Positions 38,015 through 46,750 of a stretch of DNA of 64,000 bases are shown piece after piece. The notes under the pieces are model-generated. The model did not search any database, was not told the origin of the DNA, and saw only the letters and a program-made list of their open reading frames with translations. How positions within the stretch are numbered: position 1 is the stretch's first letter; the number at the start of each line of letters is the position of its first letter. The position numbers and the translations under genes are program-made. Source of the DNA: an uncultured archaeon (GTDB lineage Archaea > Asgardarchaeota > Heimdallarchaeia > Heimdallarchaeales > Heimdallarchaeaceae); the NCBI GenBank assembly GCA_964549075.1, contig CAZJUB010000006.1, positions 8,311-72,310 of the forward strand, written 5' to 3'.

Positions 38015-38527
38015 CTAGTTTTTAATACCTAACGCAATTTCTATAATTTTACGGAAAACGGGATAAAGATTCTTATCTTCCTTTGCTGAGACCTCAAAGT
38101 AAGCTGTCTTAAGTTCAGAAGCAACTCTCTCAACATCTTCAAGTTTTACTTCTCGTTTTTCTTCTAAATCAGTCTTATTACCTATAATAATAAACGGAAT
38201 ATCTCCAACAGATTCATATAGTAAATCTTTCCAATAACCTAATCTATCAAAACTCTCTTTATTGGTTATATCATAAATAAGTGCTGCAATAGCTGAACCT
38301 TGAAAATATTTGGGTAAAACTGGTAAAAACCTCTCCTGGGAGCCAGAATCACCAATAATTAGCTTAATATCCTTACCATCGATCATTGTTTCCCAGATAA
38401 GAAAGTTTGCTCCTAATGTTGGTTGGTGAGATACAGGAAAGGAACCTTGAGCTTGTCTTAGTGCAATTGATGTTTTACCTACTCCTGGTTCTCCGCATAA
38501 AGATACTTTTAAGCTAATATCAGTCAT
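38015..38527 (-). CDS. Ras/Rab-like small GTPase
   Basis: 170 aa. G1 is GEPGVGKTS, the G2 Thr is in QPTLGANF, G3 is GDSGSQERF (DTAGQE-like with Gly replaced by Ser), G4 is GNKTDL and G5 is SAKE. There is no C-terminal Cys. Confidence 0.9.
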   Translation of the reverse strand: MTDISLKVSLCGEPGVGKTSIALRQAQGSFPVSHQPTLGANFLIWETMIDGKDIKLIIGDSGSQERFLPVLPKYFQGSAIAALIYDITNKESFDRLGYWKDLLYESVGDIPFIIIGNKTDLEEKREVKLEDVERVASELKTAYFEVSAKEDKNLYPVFRKIIEIALGIKN

Positions 38528-38630
38528 AGTTCACAGTACTACTCTTCTTTTTATTTTAAAGCGTTGTTATTATCCTAAGAATAAAAAGAAAATAATTTAT
38601 ATTTCTACAATCTCTTTCTTCTGTATTCTT

Positions 38631-38816
38631 ATGAATGAAAAAGAACAATGTGGGGATTATGAAATTTACCAAGATGATGAAGGTTGGTGGGTAGTAGAGA
38701 ATTTAAAAGATGGTAAAATTATTGGCAAATTTCTAAAGAAAACTGATGCATTAGATAATATTGCAAGATTTCTGCAAGATGATACAGAAAGAACTGAACC
38801 AGAATCAGTCTGTTGA
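38631..38816 (+). CDS. Small acidic protein (61 aa) translationally coupled to the radical SAM gene
   Basis: Its stop codon overlaps the candidate starts of the next gene (TTG 38813, GTG 38819, ATG 38822). The sequence YEIYQDDEGWWVVENLKDGKIIGKFLKKTDALDNIARFL resembles small DUF2188-type proteins. Confidence 0.45.
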   Translation: MNEKEQCGDYEIYQDDEGWWVVENLKDGKIIGKFLKKTDALDNIARFLQDDTERTEPESVC

Positions 38817-40177
38817 TTGTGATGACAAAAGAATTGATGTACCATATTTTTGAGAAAAACAACAGATTCTACTTGGTAGATGCTTATAATCAGTTATTCT
38901 GGCAAGTAGAACCTAATTCAGATAGTTTTGAAATAATTGAAAATCTTTCAGAATTTGGCTTTTTCAGTGATAGTTTTACCCAGAATAAAAAACTTAGAAA
39001 ACCTGAATCTCAGCCTATAACTCATCTTGTAATTAATCCGTCAACTAATTGTAATTTGAATTGTTGGTATTGCTATGCAAAAGAATATAGGAAAAAAAAT
39101 TCCAAACACTTGGATTTTGATGATATTAAAAGATCTATTGACATTGTTCTGAATTATAATTACGAAATAGATTCAGCTTCACATCTCTCAATTTTTTTTG
39201 GATTTACACAAGAAATAACCTTGGATTTTAAATTATTCTTAAAATTGAAGAAATATATCGAGGAGGCTAATAAGAGATACGAATCTCGCATTTATTTGTT
39301 TCCTCCTTCATCCAATCTACTACATATAACAAATGAATTTGTTAATTACATTGATGAATATGGTTTTCTTATCGTTTCACTAGATCTCGAAAATGAATAT
39401 CAAAAGCAAGCTGTGATTGACAATCTAAGTATGTTTAAACAAGATGTAATAAAACAACTAATAATACCTATGAAAGCAGGAATTAGAGACCTTTTCAAAA
39501 TTTATAATGAGTTTTCATTTCATTTTGATTATGTCTCATTGAGACCTGCAAGAGTTTCACTAAATTCCAAATTTCCTTGGAATGAAGAAACTATTATGAT
39601 TACTAAACAGGAAATATCTCTTTTATTCAAAACTTTACTAGAAAAAGATGATGAAGAAATTTTGAATTTTCTTCTATTACTCGGACCTAATGATTACATA
39701 GGTAGGTATATAGATAGAATAATATCACGAACAAAAGTAATTGAAAGATGCCCAGCAGGAAGGAATGCTTTTACATTAGCACCTAATCTTGAAATCTATC
39801 CCTGCTCAGGTATGATAGGCTATCCGGAATTATTTGTTGGGAAAATTGACTTAGTTTCAAACGAAATTAATTTTCATAAGACTTCTTATAACAAAGCTTC
39901 AGAAAATAAAACTTGTTTACGTTGCGCAATTCGTTTTTTCTGTGGTGGTAGTTGTCAAGATTGGTTATTCAAACAAACTAATTCAAAGCAAAAATCTATT
40001 AACATATATGAATGTCAATTGAATTTACATATTTTTGAGGAAATTGTTCATTTTCTCTTTGAAATACAGAATAGGCGACCGTTTGTTCTTGATGAATATA
40101 TTGAAAAGAAGAATTTGAGGAATGGTCTAAATTATGCGCTCAATTTTGATCAATTTTCCAAATTTTTTCTGTATTAA
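38813..40177 (+). CDS. Radical SAM enzyme with a C-terminal SPASM domain (peptide/protein-modifying maturase type)
   Basis: It has a CNLNCWYC (C-x3-C-x2-C) cluster after a ~75-aa N-terminal extension. The C-terminal auxiliary-cluster cysteines are CPAGRNAF...YPCSG and CLRCAIRFFCGGSCQDW. Confidence 0.85.
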   Translation: MIVMTKELMYHIFEKNNRFYLVDAYNQLFWQVEPNSDSFEIIENLSEFGFFSDSFTQNKKLRKPESQPITHLVINPSTNCNLNCWYCYAKEYRKKNSKHLDFDDIKRSIDIVLNYNYEIDSASHLSIFFGFTQEITLDFKLFLKLKKYIEEANKRYESRIYLFPPSSNLLHITNEFVNYIDEYGFLIVSLDLENEYQKQAVIDNLSMFKQDVIKQLIIPMKAGIRDLFKIYNEFSFHFDYVSLRPARVSLNSKFPWNEETIMITKQEISLLFKTLLEKDDEEILNFLLLLGPNDYIGRYIDRIISRTKVIERCPAGRNAFTLAPNLEIYPCSGMIGYPELFVGKIDLVSNEINFHKTSYNKASENKTCLRCAIRFFCGGSCQDWLFKQTNSKQKSINIYECQLNLHIFEEIVHFLFEIQNRRPFVLDEYIEKKNLRNGLNYALNFDQFSKFFLY

Positions 40178-40184
40178 GATTGCT

Positions 40185-40601
40185 TTAATCATGATGGTCT
40201 AAAACTTGGAACAAATGACTGAGGCAAGAATTACAATCACTATTTCCAAATCCTACAATAGGTATAAAAGATGGTAGGTCAGTTAGTAATTGTGATATTT
40301 GGCATTCTGTTTTTTTATCTAACATAATTCCTATGCCTTCTATAGAGGAAAATTTTGACATGGTAATTTGGTCTATATGCCAATGTTTTTTCTTTGATTT
40401 ACGAATATGTCTGTGCAATCTTGAAGATAAACCTCCCATACCAAAAGCACTTCCAATATATAGGTAATAACCTGGTTTGATTATAGTCTTTTCCTTAGAA
40501 AAGGTTATAGGAATATCTTTGTTAATTCTGATAAAAATGATGTAAGTACCTTTTAAACCTACAGTGAAATTTATGATAGGACCTGGAAGAATTGTAATCA
40601 C
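40185..40601 (-). CDS. DUF123 (GIY-YIG/Uri-superfamily nuclease-like) protein
   Basis: 138 aa. GYYLYIGSAFGMGGLSSRLHRHIRKSKKKHWHIDQI matches the DUF123 signature (G.Y.Y.GSA....l..Rl.RH....K..hWHIDyl). Confidence 0.8.
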   Translation of the reverse strand: MITILPGPIINFTVGLKGTYIIFIRINKDIPITFSKEKTIIKPGYYLYIGSAFGMGGLSSRLHRHIRKSKKKHWHIDQITMSKFSSIEGIGIMLDKKTECQISQLLTDLPSFIPIVGFGNSDCNSCLSHLFQVLDHHD

Positions 40602-41632
40602 TCTTTTAAATCAGCAGCTTTTTCCCAGTAGCTAAGAGCTTTTTCTTCCTCTCCTAAGTCTTCATAAATATCTCCAAGCATCTGGTATATCTGATAATTA
40701 TCTTCATTATATCGCAAAGAATCTTTTAGATAAGCTAAAGCTTTATCATTATCTTTTGCAGCCCAAGCGAGAGAAGCTAAAGCTAAGGTTGCTTCTATAA
40801 ATGCAGGATCTCTACTCAAACATTCTTCGTAATAACGAGTTGCTTCTTCAATATTAGCGAGTGCTGCATAAATTTTAGCTAAATGAAAGAAACCTAAAAC
40901 ATTGTCGGGATCAAGTTCAATTACCTTTGAAAAAGCATCTATTGCTTGAATTGAATCTTGTTTTATTTCTAATGATTTACCAAGCTGAAACCATGCTGAG
41001 ATACTTTCTGGATTTATTTTTGTTACTTTCTGATAATAATCGATAGCTCTATCATAATTATCAAGATCAAAATAAGTTTCTCCTATCTGAAGTAAAATCA
41101 TCTCATTTTTTGGATCCATTTGTTCAGCTTTCATAAGGTTATTCCAACTTTCAATGTCGTTCCCCATTTTTCTATAAATTACTCCCAATAAACTGTAAAT
41201 CTCAATATCATCTTCATATACTAGAAAGTTATCGTAGGCTTGAACTGCCTTAGGATACTCTCCAATCTTATAATACAGATTCCCTATTTTTTTCCAAATT
41301 TTATATCTTTTCTCGTCAATTTCTATTACTTTCTTCCATGCTAATATCGCTTGATTCCAGTCTTTCAATTTAACATAAACATCACCAGCTAATTCTAAAG
41401 AAGAAATATTATCTTGTTCAATTTCTAATGCTCGATTTAAATAATTAAGGGCAGATTGCGGATCTTCGATAAATAAATACAACCTTATCAAAAAATTAAG
41501 AAATAAAACTTCATTTTCAAAATAATCTAAATTCTCTTCTAAAATGTTGATTGCTTCTTGAAATTTGTCTTGATTAATTAATTCCTCAGCTTCTGATAGA
41601 ATAACCATTAAATCATTATTACCCTGCATCAA
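40598..41632 (-). CDS. TPR-repeat protein
   Basis: 344 aa with about nine consecutive 34-aa repeats (for example AIDYYQKVTKINPESISAWFQLGKSL). Confidence 0.85.
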   Translation of the reverse strand: MMQGNNDLMVILSEAEELINQDKFQEAINILEENLDYFENEVLFLNFLIRLYLFIEDPQSALNYLNRALEIEQDNISSLELAGDVYVKLKDWNQAILAWKKVIEIDEKRYKIWKKIGNLYYKIGEYPKAVQAYDNFLVYEDDIEIYSLLGVIYRKMGNDIESWNNLMKAEQMDPKNEMILLQIGETYFDLDNYDRAIDYYQKVTKINPESISAWFQLGKSLEIKQDSIQAIDAFSKVIELDPDNVLGFFHLAKIYAALANIEEATRYYEECLSRDPAFIEATLALASLAWAAKDNDKALAYLKDSLRYNEDNYQIYQMLGDIYEDLGEEEKALSYWEKAADLKE

Positions 41633-41730
41633 TTCTTTTACATTAAATCATACTTAAGAATATTATGTATTAGAAGGAATGATTAAGAATAAAGAAAGTT
41701 TTAAGTTGAAGAAGTCACTAGGTTATACAG

Positions 41731-42627
41731 ATGTTCCAGGTAATTGCTAGAAGGGATGATAAAGTCGGTTATGATATAATTCTTGCAGATATACCTGAAG
41801 ACCTGAAAGAGGATTCTATAGTCTTTATGCCTGAATTATCCTCTAAAAAACAAGAGCATATTACTTATGTCTCCAAGTATACTCATGCATCTGGGTATAT
41901 AATTGTAAAACTTGTAAGAAGTGATGGTTTCGATCAATTTGGTAGACCAAAATCCTTATCTCATAGCTTGGTTATTCCATCAGAAGAATATTCTTCAAAT
42001 TCTCTATTATATTATACCTCTCCATTAATCTATACTAATATATTTGATAAAACCGATACTAGTCCGTCAATACTTGGTAAAGACAGTTTTAGAGATTCTA
42101 CGAACAATATTCTAGAGAAGATTCAGCTCTCAAAATTGAGAGAAATAATTGTGGCAGCAATGATTAATAGAAAAGTCGTTTTATTTCCCTCAATAGATAA
42201 AAAAGGAATTCTTGAACTCTCAAGCGTTATAGATAGGTCAATACCTTTTGAAGCTTCATATGATTTTTCTTTAATAACATATTCAGATATAAGTTGTAGA
42301 AAACAACTAGTACATAATATACTATACTTCTTCTCTGAAGAACAGAAAAATGAAGAAGTTGTAGAAATCAAGAGATTAGATTCAAAAGTCAGAAAGATAG
42401 CAAGAAAAGAAAGAAAATATCTTGATGAATATATAGAACTTATAGTTAAAAATGATTTTGAGAAGATTCTTGAAGAACATGCTTCATGGGTTATTGGAAT
42501 GTACCACGAAGATCACAAAGAACTCCAGAAGCTATTTACAAGTAGATATCAACTAAATATGCCTTTTTCAACTAGAAACAAGTTTCATGCTCAGTTGATA
42601 AACTACTTATCCAAATTCAATGAATAA
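41731..42627 (+). CDS. Uncharacterised protein (298 aa) with a longin-like N-terminus and a DENN-core-like middle
   Basis: GYIIVKLVRSDGFDQFGRPKSLSHSLVIP is followed by LREIIVAAMINRKVVLFPSIDKKGILELSSVIDRSIPFEASYDFSLITY, which resembles the cDENN pattern (l..ll.ErkVll.S.....l......l..llP). No enzymatic motif was seen. Confidence 0.5.
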   Translation: MFQVIARRDDKVGYDIILADIPEDLKEDSIVFMPELSSKKQEHITYVSKYTHASGYIIVKLVRSDGFDQFGRPKSLSHSLVIPSEEYSSNSLLYYTSPLIYTNIFDKTDTSPSILGKDSFRDSTNNILEKIQLSKLREIIVAAMINRKVVLFPSIDKKGILELSSVIDRSIPFEASYDFSLITYSDISCRKQLVHNILYFFSEEQKNEEVVEIKRLDSKVRKIARKERKYLDEYIELIVKNDFEKILEEHASWVIGMYHEDHKELQKLFTSRYQLNMPFSTRNKFHAQLINYLSKFNE

Positions 42628-42678
42628 CGTTGAAAGTGAAATTTTTTAAATGTTCAAATTCTCATTCCTTTGATTAAA

Positions 42679-43686
42679 TTGCATATGCCGGATGGAATAC
42701 TCCCTCTTGAACAAGCAGCTATTTATTTGACAATTTCAATTGTAATTATAGGTATTGCTGTTTGGCAAAGTAAGAAAAAATTAAGTGCTAAACAAATACC
42801 TATCATAGGTGTGCTAGCAGCTGGTTTATTTGCTGCTCAAATGTTTAATTTTCCAGCTATAGGAGGTACAAGTGGACATCTGATTGGAACCACTTTGGCT
42901 ACTGTTTTGGTTGGACCTTGGGTAGCTATTTTAATACTCTCCTCTGTGTTAATTGTGCAAGCTATGTTTGGTGATGGTGGTTTCTTAGCTTATGGAGCTA
43001 ATGTTCTTAATATGGCAATAATTGGGGCAATAATTACAATAGCCTTATTTTACTTGCTTCCTAGTAAATGGAGGGACAATAAAACAGCTTATTCTATTTT
43101 TGCAGGAATAGCTGGATATGTTTCTACTGTAGTTATGGCTTTTGCTGCATCTGTTGAGCTTGTCCTAGCTAAAGCAGGCTCACCAGCTGTTATTTTCACC
43201 TCAATGTTGACCGCTCATGCTTTTATTGGTGCGATGGAAGCTGTTATTACATTTGCTGTTGTCTTTTTCCTATTCAAAGTAGACACTTCAATTTTTCAAA
43301 CAGCAAAAACCATTACTTATGGTGAAATTCAAGTGGACGAATTAAAACCTCAGTTTAAATTTCCAATATGGGCGGTAGTAACTTCTGTAGGTATTTTTGT
43401 TTTAATGTCAGTGTTAGGCTTTGTTCTACCACTTGTTGGAGGAGATAACCCTGATGGATTAGAAGCTACCCTAGAGCAAATTTGGATACATGGATCGGAC
43501 TATACAACTCCAATTTTTAACTTCCCAGAAGGTTTTGGATGGGAGATTTTGCAGATGGCTATTTTGATGGTTATATTATTCGTTTTTCTAGTAACTGTAA
43601 GTTTTTTGATTTATAGGCTAAGAATTTTTCAATTTAATAGACATCATGAATCTGCTAAGTTAGCTTTAGAAGAAGAAAAGAGTTAA
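42679..43686 (+). CDS. cbiM: ECF-transporter substrate component CbiM/NikM with a C-terminal PDGLE-type extension
   Basis: Multi-TM protein. A TTG start at 42679 gives M-H-M-P-D-G-I-L-P, matching the conserved MHIPDG N-terminus. The C-terminal GDNPDGLEATLE plus one TM is the PDGLE module that substitutes for CbiN. The track start is 42670. Confidence 0.85.
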   Translation: MHMPDGILPLEQAAIYLTISIVIIGIAVWQSKKKLSAKQIPIIGVLAAGLFAAQMFNFPAIGGTSGHLIGTTLATVLVGPWVAILILSSVLIVQAMFGDGGFLAYGANVLNMAIIGAIITIALFYLLPSKWRDNKTAYSIFAGIAGYVSTVVMAFAASVELVLAKAGSPAVIFTSMLTAHAFIGAMEAVITFAVVFFLFKVDTSIFQTAKTITYGEIQVDELKPQFKFPIWAVVTSVGIFVLMSVLGFVLPLVGGDNPDGLEATLEQIWIHGSDYTTPIFNFPEGFGWEILQMAILMVILFVFLVTVSFLIYRLRIFQFNRHHESAKLALEEEKS

Positions 43687-43712
43687 AATGTAACAATTTA
43701 CTTATACAAACA

Positions 43713-44519
43713 ATGGCAAAGTCATATTTTCTTCTACCATTTAGAGAGACAAGGAATGAATTTAAATTTTTATCTCCCTTAGCTTTGTTAATTTTGACTT
43801 TAATGACCATTATACTTATGATGGTCTCAGAAATTTTTATAGAAGATTATTTGATTTTAATTCTAAGCATAATTATACTTTATATTATCTCATTTATTGT
43901 GCTAATTTTCTTAAGAGCTTCATTTTTAAGAACTGTAAAATTTGTTTTGGCTGCTTCTATTCTGATTTTTTTCATAGGTATACCTAGCTTTTTTCTTCAA
44001 ATAGGAGATGTAATGTATTCAGTAAAAATTGGTAACCACATCCTGAATTTATATCTAGATGGAATTATGAAAGCTGTTTTAATTTGGTTAAGAGGAATTC
44101 TCTCTGTTTCACTTATAACTCTCTATTCGACTACTATTACAATGCAAGAATTTATTCAAGGACTTAGAGGGCTTTTTGTGCCGAACATAATGGTGACTAT
44201 AATTCTACTAATTTTACGATATGCACCATTATTCTTTCAACAAGGAGCAGAAATAAGTGTTGCTCAGAAATTAAGGGGTCTAGAATATGCACCAAGAAAA
44301 AGAAAAATTGCAGCAGCTGGAGCTCTCATAGGAGGGACACTTATTCGTTCAATAAGTAGAGGGAATGAAGTTTATGAAGCAATGGTGATGAGGGGAATGG
44401 AAGAATCTTTTCTTGTTAGAAGAGAAGAAATCAAAATTTTAGATCCAATAATCCTACTAGTAATAACAGTAGTTTTGAGCTTAGTAAGTGGAGGAATACT
44501 CAAATGCATCATGAAATAG
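43713..44519 (+). CDS. cbiQ: ECF-transporter transmembrane (T) component CbiQ/EcfT
   Basis: 268 aa, multi-TM, with the coupling-helix motifs AQKLRGLEY and GTLIRSISRGNEVYEAMVMRG. It sits between cbiM and cbiO. Confidence 0.75.
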   Translation: MAKSYFLLPFRETRNEFKFLSPLALLILTLMTIILMMVSEIFIEDYLILILSIIILYIISFIVLIFLRASFLRTVKFVLAASILIFFIGIPSFFLQIGDVMYSVKIGNHILNLYLDGIMKAVLIWLRGILSVSLITLYSTTITMQEFIQGLRGLFVPNIMVTIILLILRYAPLFFQQGAEISVAQKLRGLEYAPRKRKIAAAGALIGGTLIRSISRGNEVYEAMVMRGMEESFLVRREEIKILDPIILLVITVVLSLVSGGILKCIMK

Positions 44520-45223
44520 AGTTTGAAAACGTTTTCTTTGAATATCCTGATAAATCATTTTCACTACAAAATCTTAATTTCACCATACCAATAGGTGAGA
44601 AGTTTGCAATTTGTGGAAGAAATGGAGCGGGAAAAACAACTTTACTTCGACTTTTAATGGGATTAGATTTTCATCAGAAAGGTAAAATCCAAGTACAAGA
44701 ACTTATTTTAGATAAGAATACAATTAAAGAAATAAGAAAGCGAGTAGGATTTGTTTTTCAAAATCCTGATTCTCAAGTATTTTCTGCTAGTGTATATGAA
44801 GACATTGCTTTTGGCCCAAGAAATTTAGGTTTAACCGAAGAAGAGGTTGATAAAAAAGTTGAATATGCACTTGAAGTGGTTGATATGTTAGAATATAAGG
44901 ATTATTCTCCATATAATCTATCTTTTGGACAAAGAAAAAGAATAGCAATCGCAGGAGTTTTAGCAATGGATCCAGCAATCATCGTTTTAGATGAACCTTT
45001 TGCAAATCTAGATTATCCATCACGAAAATCATTACAAAAATTATTAGAAAAAGATGTGATAGAAGAAGGTAAGACATTAGTATTTACCAGTCATTCAAGA
45101 AAACTGATTCAGGAATGGGCAGATGAAGTTCTATTTCTTGACAAAGGAAAAAAATTATACTCCGGAAGAGCTGAAGAATTATCGAAAATAAATCAAACAG
45201 AACAATTTCTTGGACCAATTTAA
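44504..45223 (+). CDS. cbiO: ECF-transporter ATPase CbiO/EcfA
   Basis: It carries Walker A GRNGAGKTTLL, a Q-loop, the signature LSFGQRKR, Walker B IIVLDEP and an H-loop TSHS. Confidence 0.9.
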   Translation: MHHEIEFENVFFEYPDKSFSLQNLNFTIPIGEKFAICGRNGAGKTTLLRLLMGLDFHQKGKIQVQELILDKNTIKEIRKRVGFVFQNPDSQVFSASVYEDIAFGPRNLGLTEEEVDKKVEYALEVVDMLEYKDYSPYNLSFGQRKRIAIAGVLAMDPAIIVLDEPFANLDYPSRKSLQKLLEKDVIEEGKTLVFTSHSRKLIQEWADEVLFLDKGKKLYSGRAEELSKINQTEQFLGPI

Positions 45224-45654
45224 CTGCTGTATTTTTGAATAACTTCAGTATACAGGGCTTGGCATCTTTCTTCTGTTAGATTATTTATAGCAGATTGCAT
45301 CCTTTCAGCAATTCTACGGATTAATACATTTAATTTACTCTTTATTTCTTCAGTTGATAAACTAGAATAAATGTACTTGAAACCACCTCTATCAAGATTA
45401 ATTTTGGTCTTTTTAACAAAACCAATACCCATTAATCTTTGAATAGAACGTGTAATGGTTGCTCGATCTTTTGGAATAATTGTACCAATTGTTTTAATAT
45501 CAACAGGTTGAGAGTGTTTAATACACATCATAACTTCAAGCTCATTTTCTGAAAGAGCATAAGTAACCTTGATGATATCAAAACAAGTTAATTCTTCGCT
45601 ATCAAAGGAAGAGAGAGAAAAAGACATTAGTATCACCTTAGAAAGTAAATACAA
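45220..45654 (-). CDS. Winged-helix transcriptional regulator (MarR/TrmB-like)
   Basis: LSENELEVMMCIKHSQPVDIKTIGTIIPKDRATITRSIQRLMGIGFVKKTKINLDRGGFKYIY is an HTH plus wing. The real start is probably M10 (45627). It is the last gene of the sulfur-relay operon. Confidence 0.55.
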   Translation of the reverse strand: MYLLSKVILMSFSLSSFDSEELTCFDIIKVTYALSENELEVMMCIKHSQPVDIKTIGTIIPKDRATITRSIQRLMGIGFVKKTKINLDRGGFKYIYSSLSTEEIKSKLNVLIRRIAERMQSAINNLTEERCQALYTEVIQKYSS

Positions 45655-46015
45655 GATCTGATTCGAGAGCTTCTGTTACGGCATACATTCCCCCAACAAT
45701 ATCGTCAACTTCATCTACGAAGTCATCTCGGGTTAGTCCGTATCTTTCAAGAGTCGGACTACATACGAATACTTTTACACCGAATTCTTTAATCTCGCGT
45801 ATCAATTCTATATAAGGTTGCTTTCCTTCGGCTGATACAATTCTCTCAGCGTTTCCCTTTTTTAACAATAAACCACCTGACATAGTATATATCATCTGTA
45901 CCTCTGTATCAAGTGTTGCAGACAATGTCGCAAGGTGTATTGGTGGTTCAAGTCTATCAGGAAAATCTTCCCCAAATGTAACCATTATCAAGACTTTTTG
46001 AGTCATACTTGTCAC
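45638..46015 (-). CDS. DsrE/DsrF-family sulfur-relay-like protein
   Basis: 125 aa. The pattern KVLIMVTFG...PIHLATLSATLDTEVQMIYTMSGGLLL....GVKVFVCSPTLERYGL is the DsrE-fold pattern with a Cys in VCS. Confidence 0.7.
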   Translation of the reverse strand: MTSMTQKVLIMVTFGEDFPDRLEPPIHLATLSATLDTEVQMIYTMSGGLLLKKGNAERIVSAEGKQPYIELIREIKEFGVKVFVCSPTLERYGLTRDDFVDEVDDIVGGMYAVTEALESDLVFTF

Positions 46016-46489
46016 CTAAATATAAAGAGTAATATCTGCTTCTGATGCAAATTCGAGAAAGGTAGCAGCACCACCAACCTCACATTCATCAATTAGGTCT
46101 TCTCTTTTTATTTTCATAACATCCATAGTCATCTGACATGCTATTAGTTTCACGCCAGCTTCTACAGATAAATCCATTAATTCCTGTAATGTTGCGACAT
46201 TAGCTTTCTTCATCCAACCTTTCATCATCATAGTGGCCATTCCAGTCATACCAGGGAGCATTCCTACAATTTGAGGTATAGGCATTGGCATAGCTGTTTC
46301 TCCAGCTGGAGTTATTTTTAATTTCTTTAATTTCTTCTTTTTTAGCATATTAAGTCCAAAGAAAGTAAAGAATATGCTTACATCGTAGTCCATAGCTGCA
46401 GCTGTGCTAGCAAGAATCAGTGGAGGGTAAGCTCCAGCTATATCTGCTTTAGAAGCTATTATTGCTAATCTTTTCTTTTTTTCTGACAT
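46016..46489 (-). CDS. DsrE-like (COG2210-type) sulfur-carrier protein with a Met-rich insert
   Basis: 157 aa with RLAIIASKADIAGAYPPLILASTAAAMDYDVSIFFTFFGL, a Met-rich loop (MPMPIPQIVGMLPGMTGMATMMMKGWM) and KLIACQMTMDVM carrying the conserved Cys. Confidence 0.7.
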   Translation of the reverse strand: MSEKKKRLAIIASKADIAGAYPPLILASTAAAMDYDVSIFFTFFGLNMLKKKKLKKLKITPAGETAMPMPIPQIVGMLPGMTGMATMMMKGWMKKANVATLQELMDLSVEAGVKLIACQMTMDVMKIKREDLIDECEVGGAATFLEFASEADITLYI

Positions 46490-46500
46490 TTTTTTACCTC

Positions 46501-46749
46501 TTATTTTGTTCGTTCTATTATGTATCTATACACTCCATTATTCTCGGAATGTTCGACAAGTTTATGTCCTGTACTCTTAGACCAAGCTTCAAAATCTGTA
46601 ACAGAACCTGGATCAGTAGCTAGTACTTCTAAGTATTCACCAACTTCTATGGATTCTATTGCTTTTTTTGTCTTAAGAATTGGAAGAGGACAACTTAGTT
46701 TTTTTGCATCTAATGTTTTGCTTATTTTTATATCTGACATTTTTTTCAC
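46501..46749 (-). CDS. tusA: TusA/SirA-family sulfurtransferase
   Basis: 82 aa with LDAKKLSCPLPILKTKKAI (CPxP motif) and LEVLATDPGSVTDFEAW. Confidence 0.85.
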   Translation of the reverse strand: MKKMSDIKISKTLDAKKLSCPLPILKTKKAIESIEVGEYLEVLATDPGSVTDFEAWSKSTGHKLVEHSENNGVYRYIIERTK

Positions 46750-46750
46750 C

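Noticed and set aside
38631-38816. A confident call of the 61-aa ORF as a RiPP precursor
   Set aside because: It has only two Cys residues, no obvious leader/core split, and a core that resembles small folded DUF2188-type proteins. I kept it as a hypothesis in the findings, not as an annotation.
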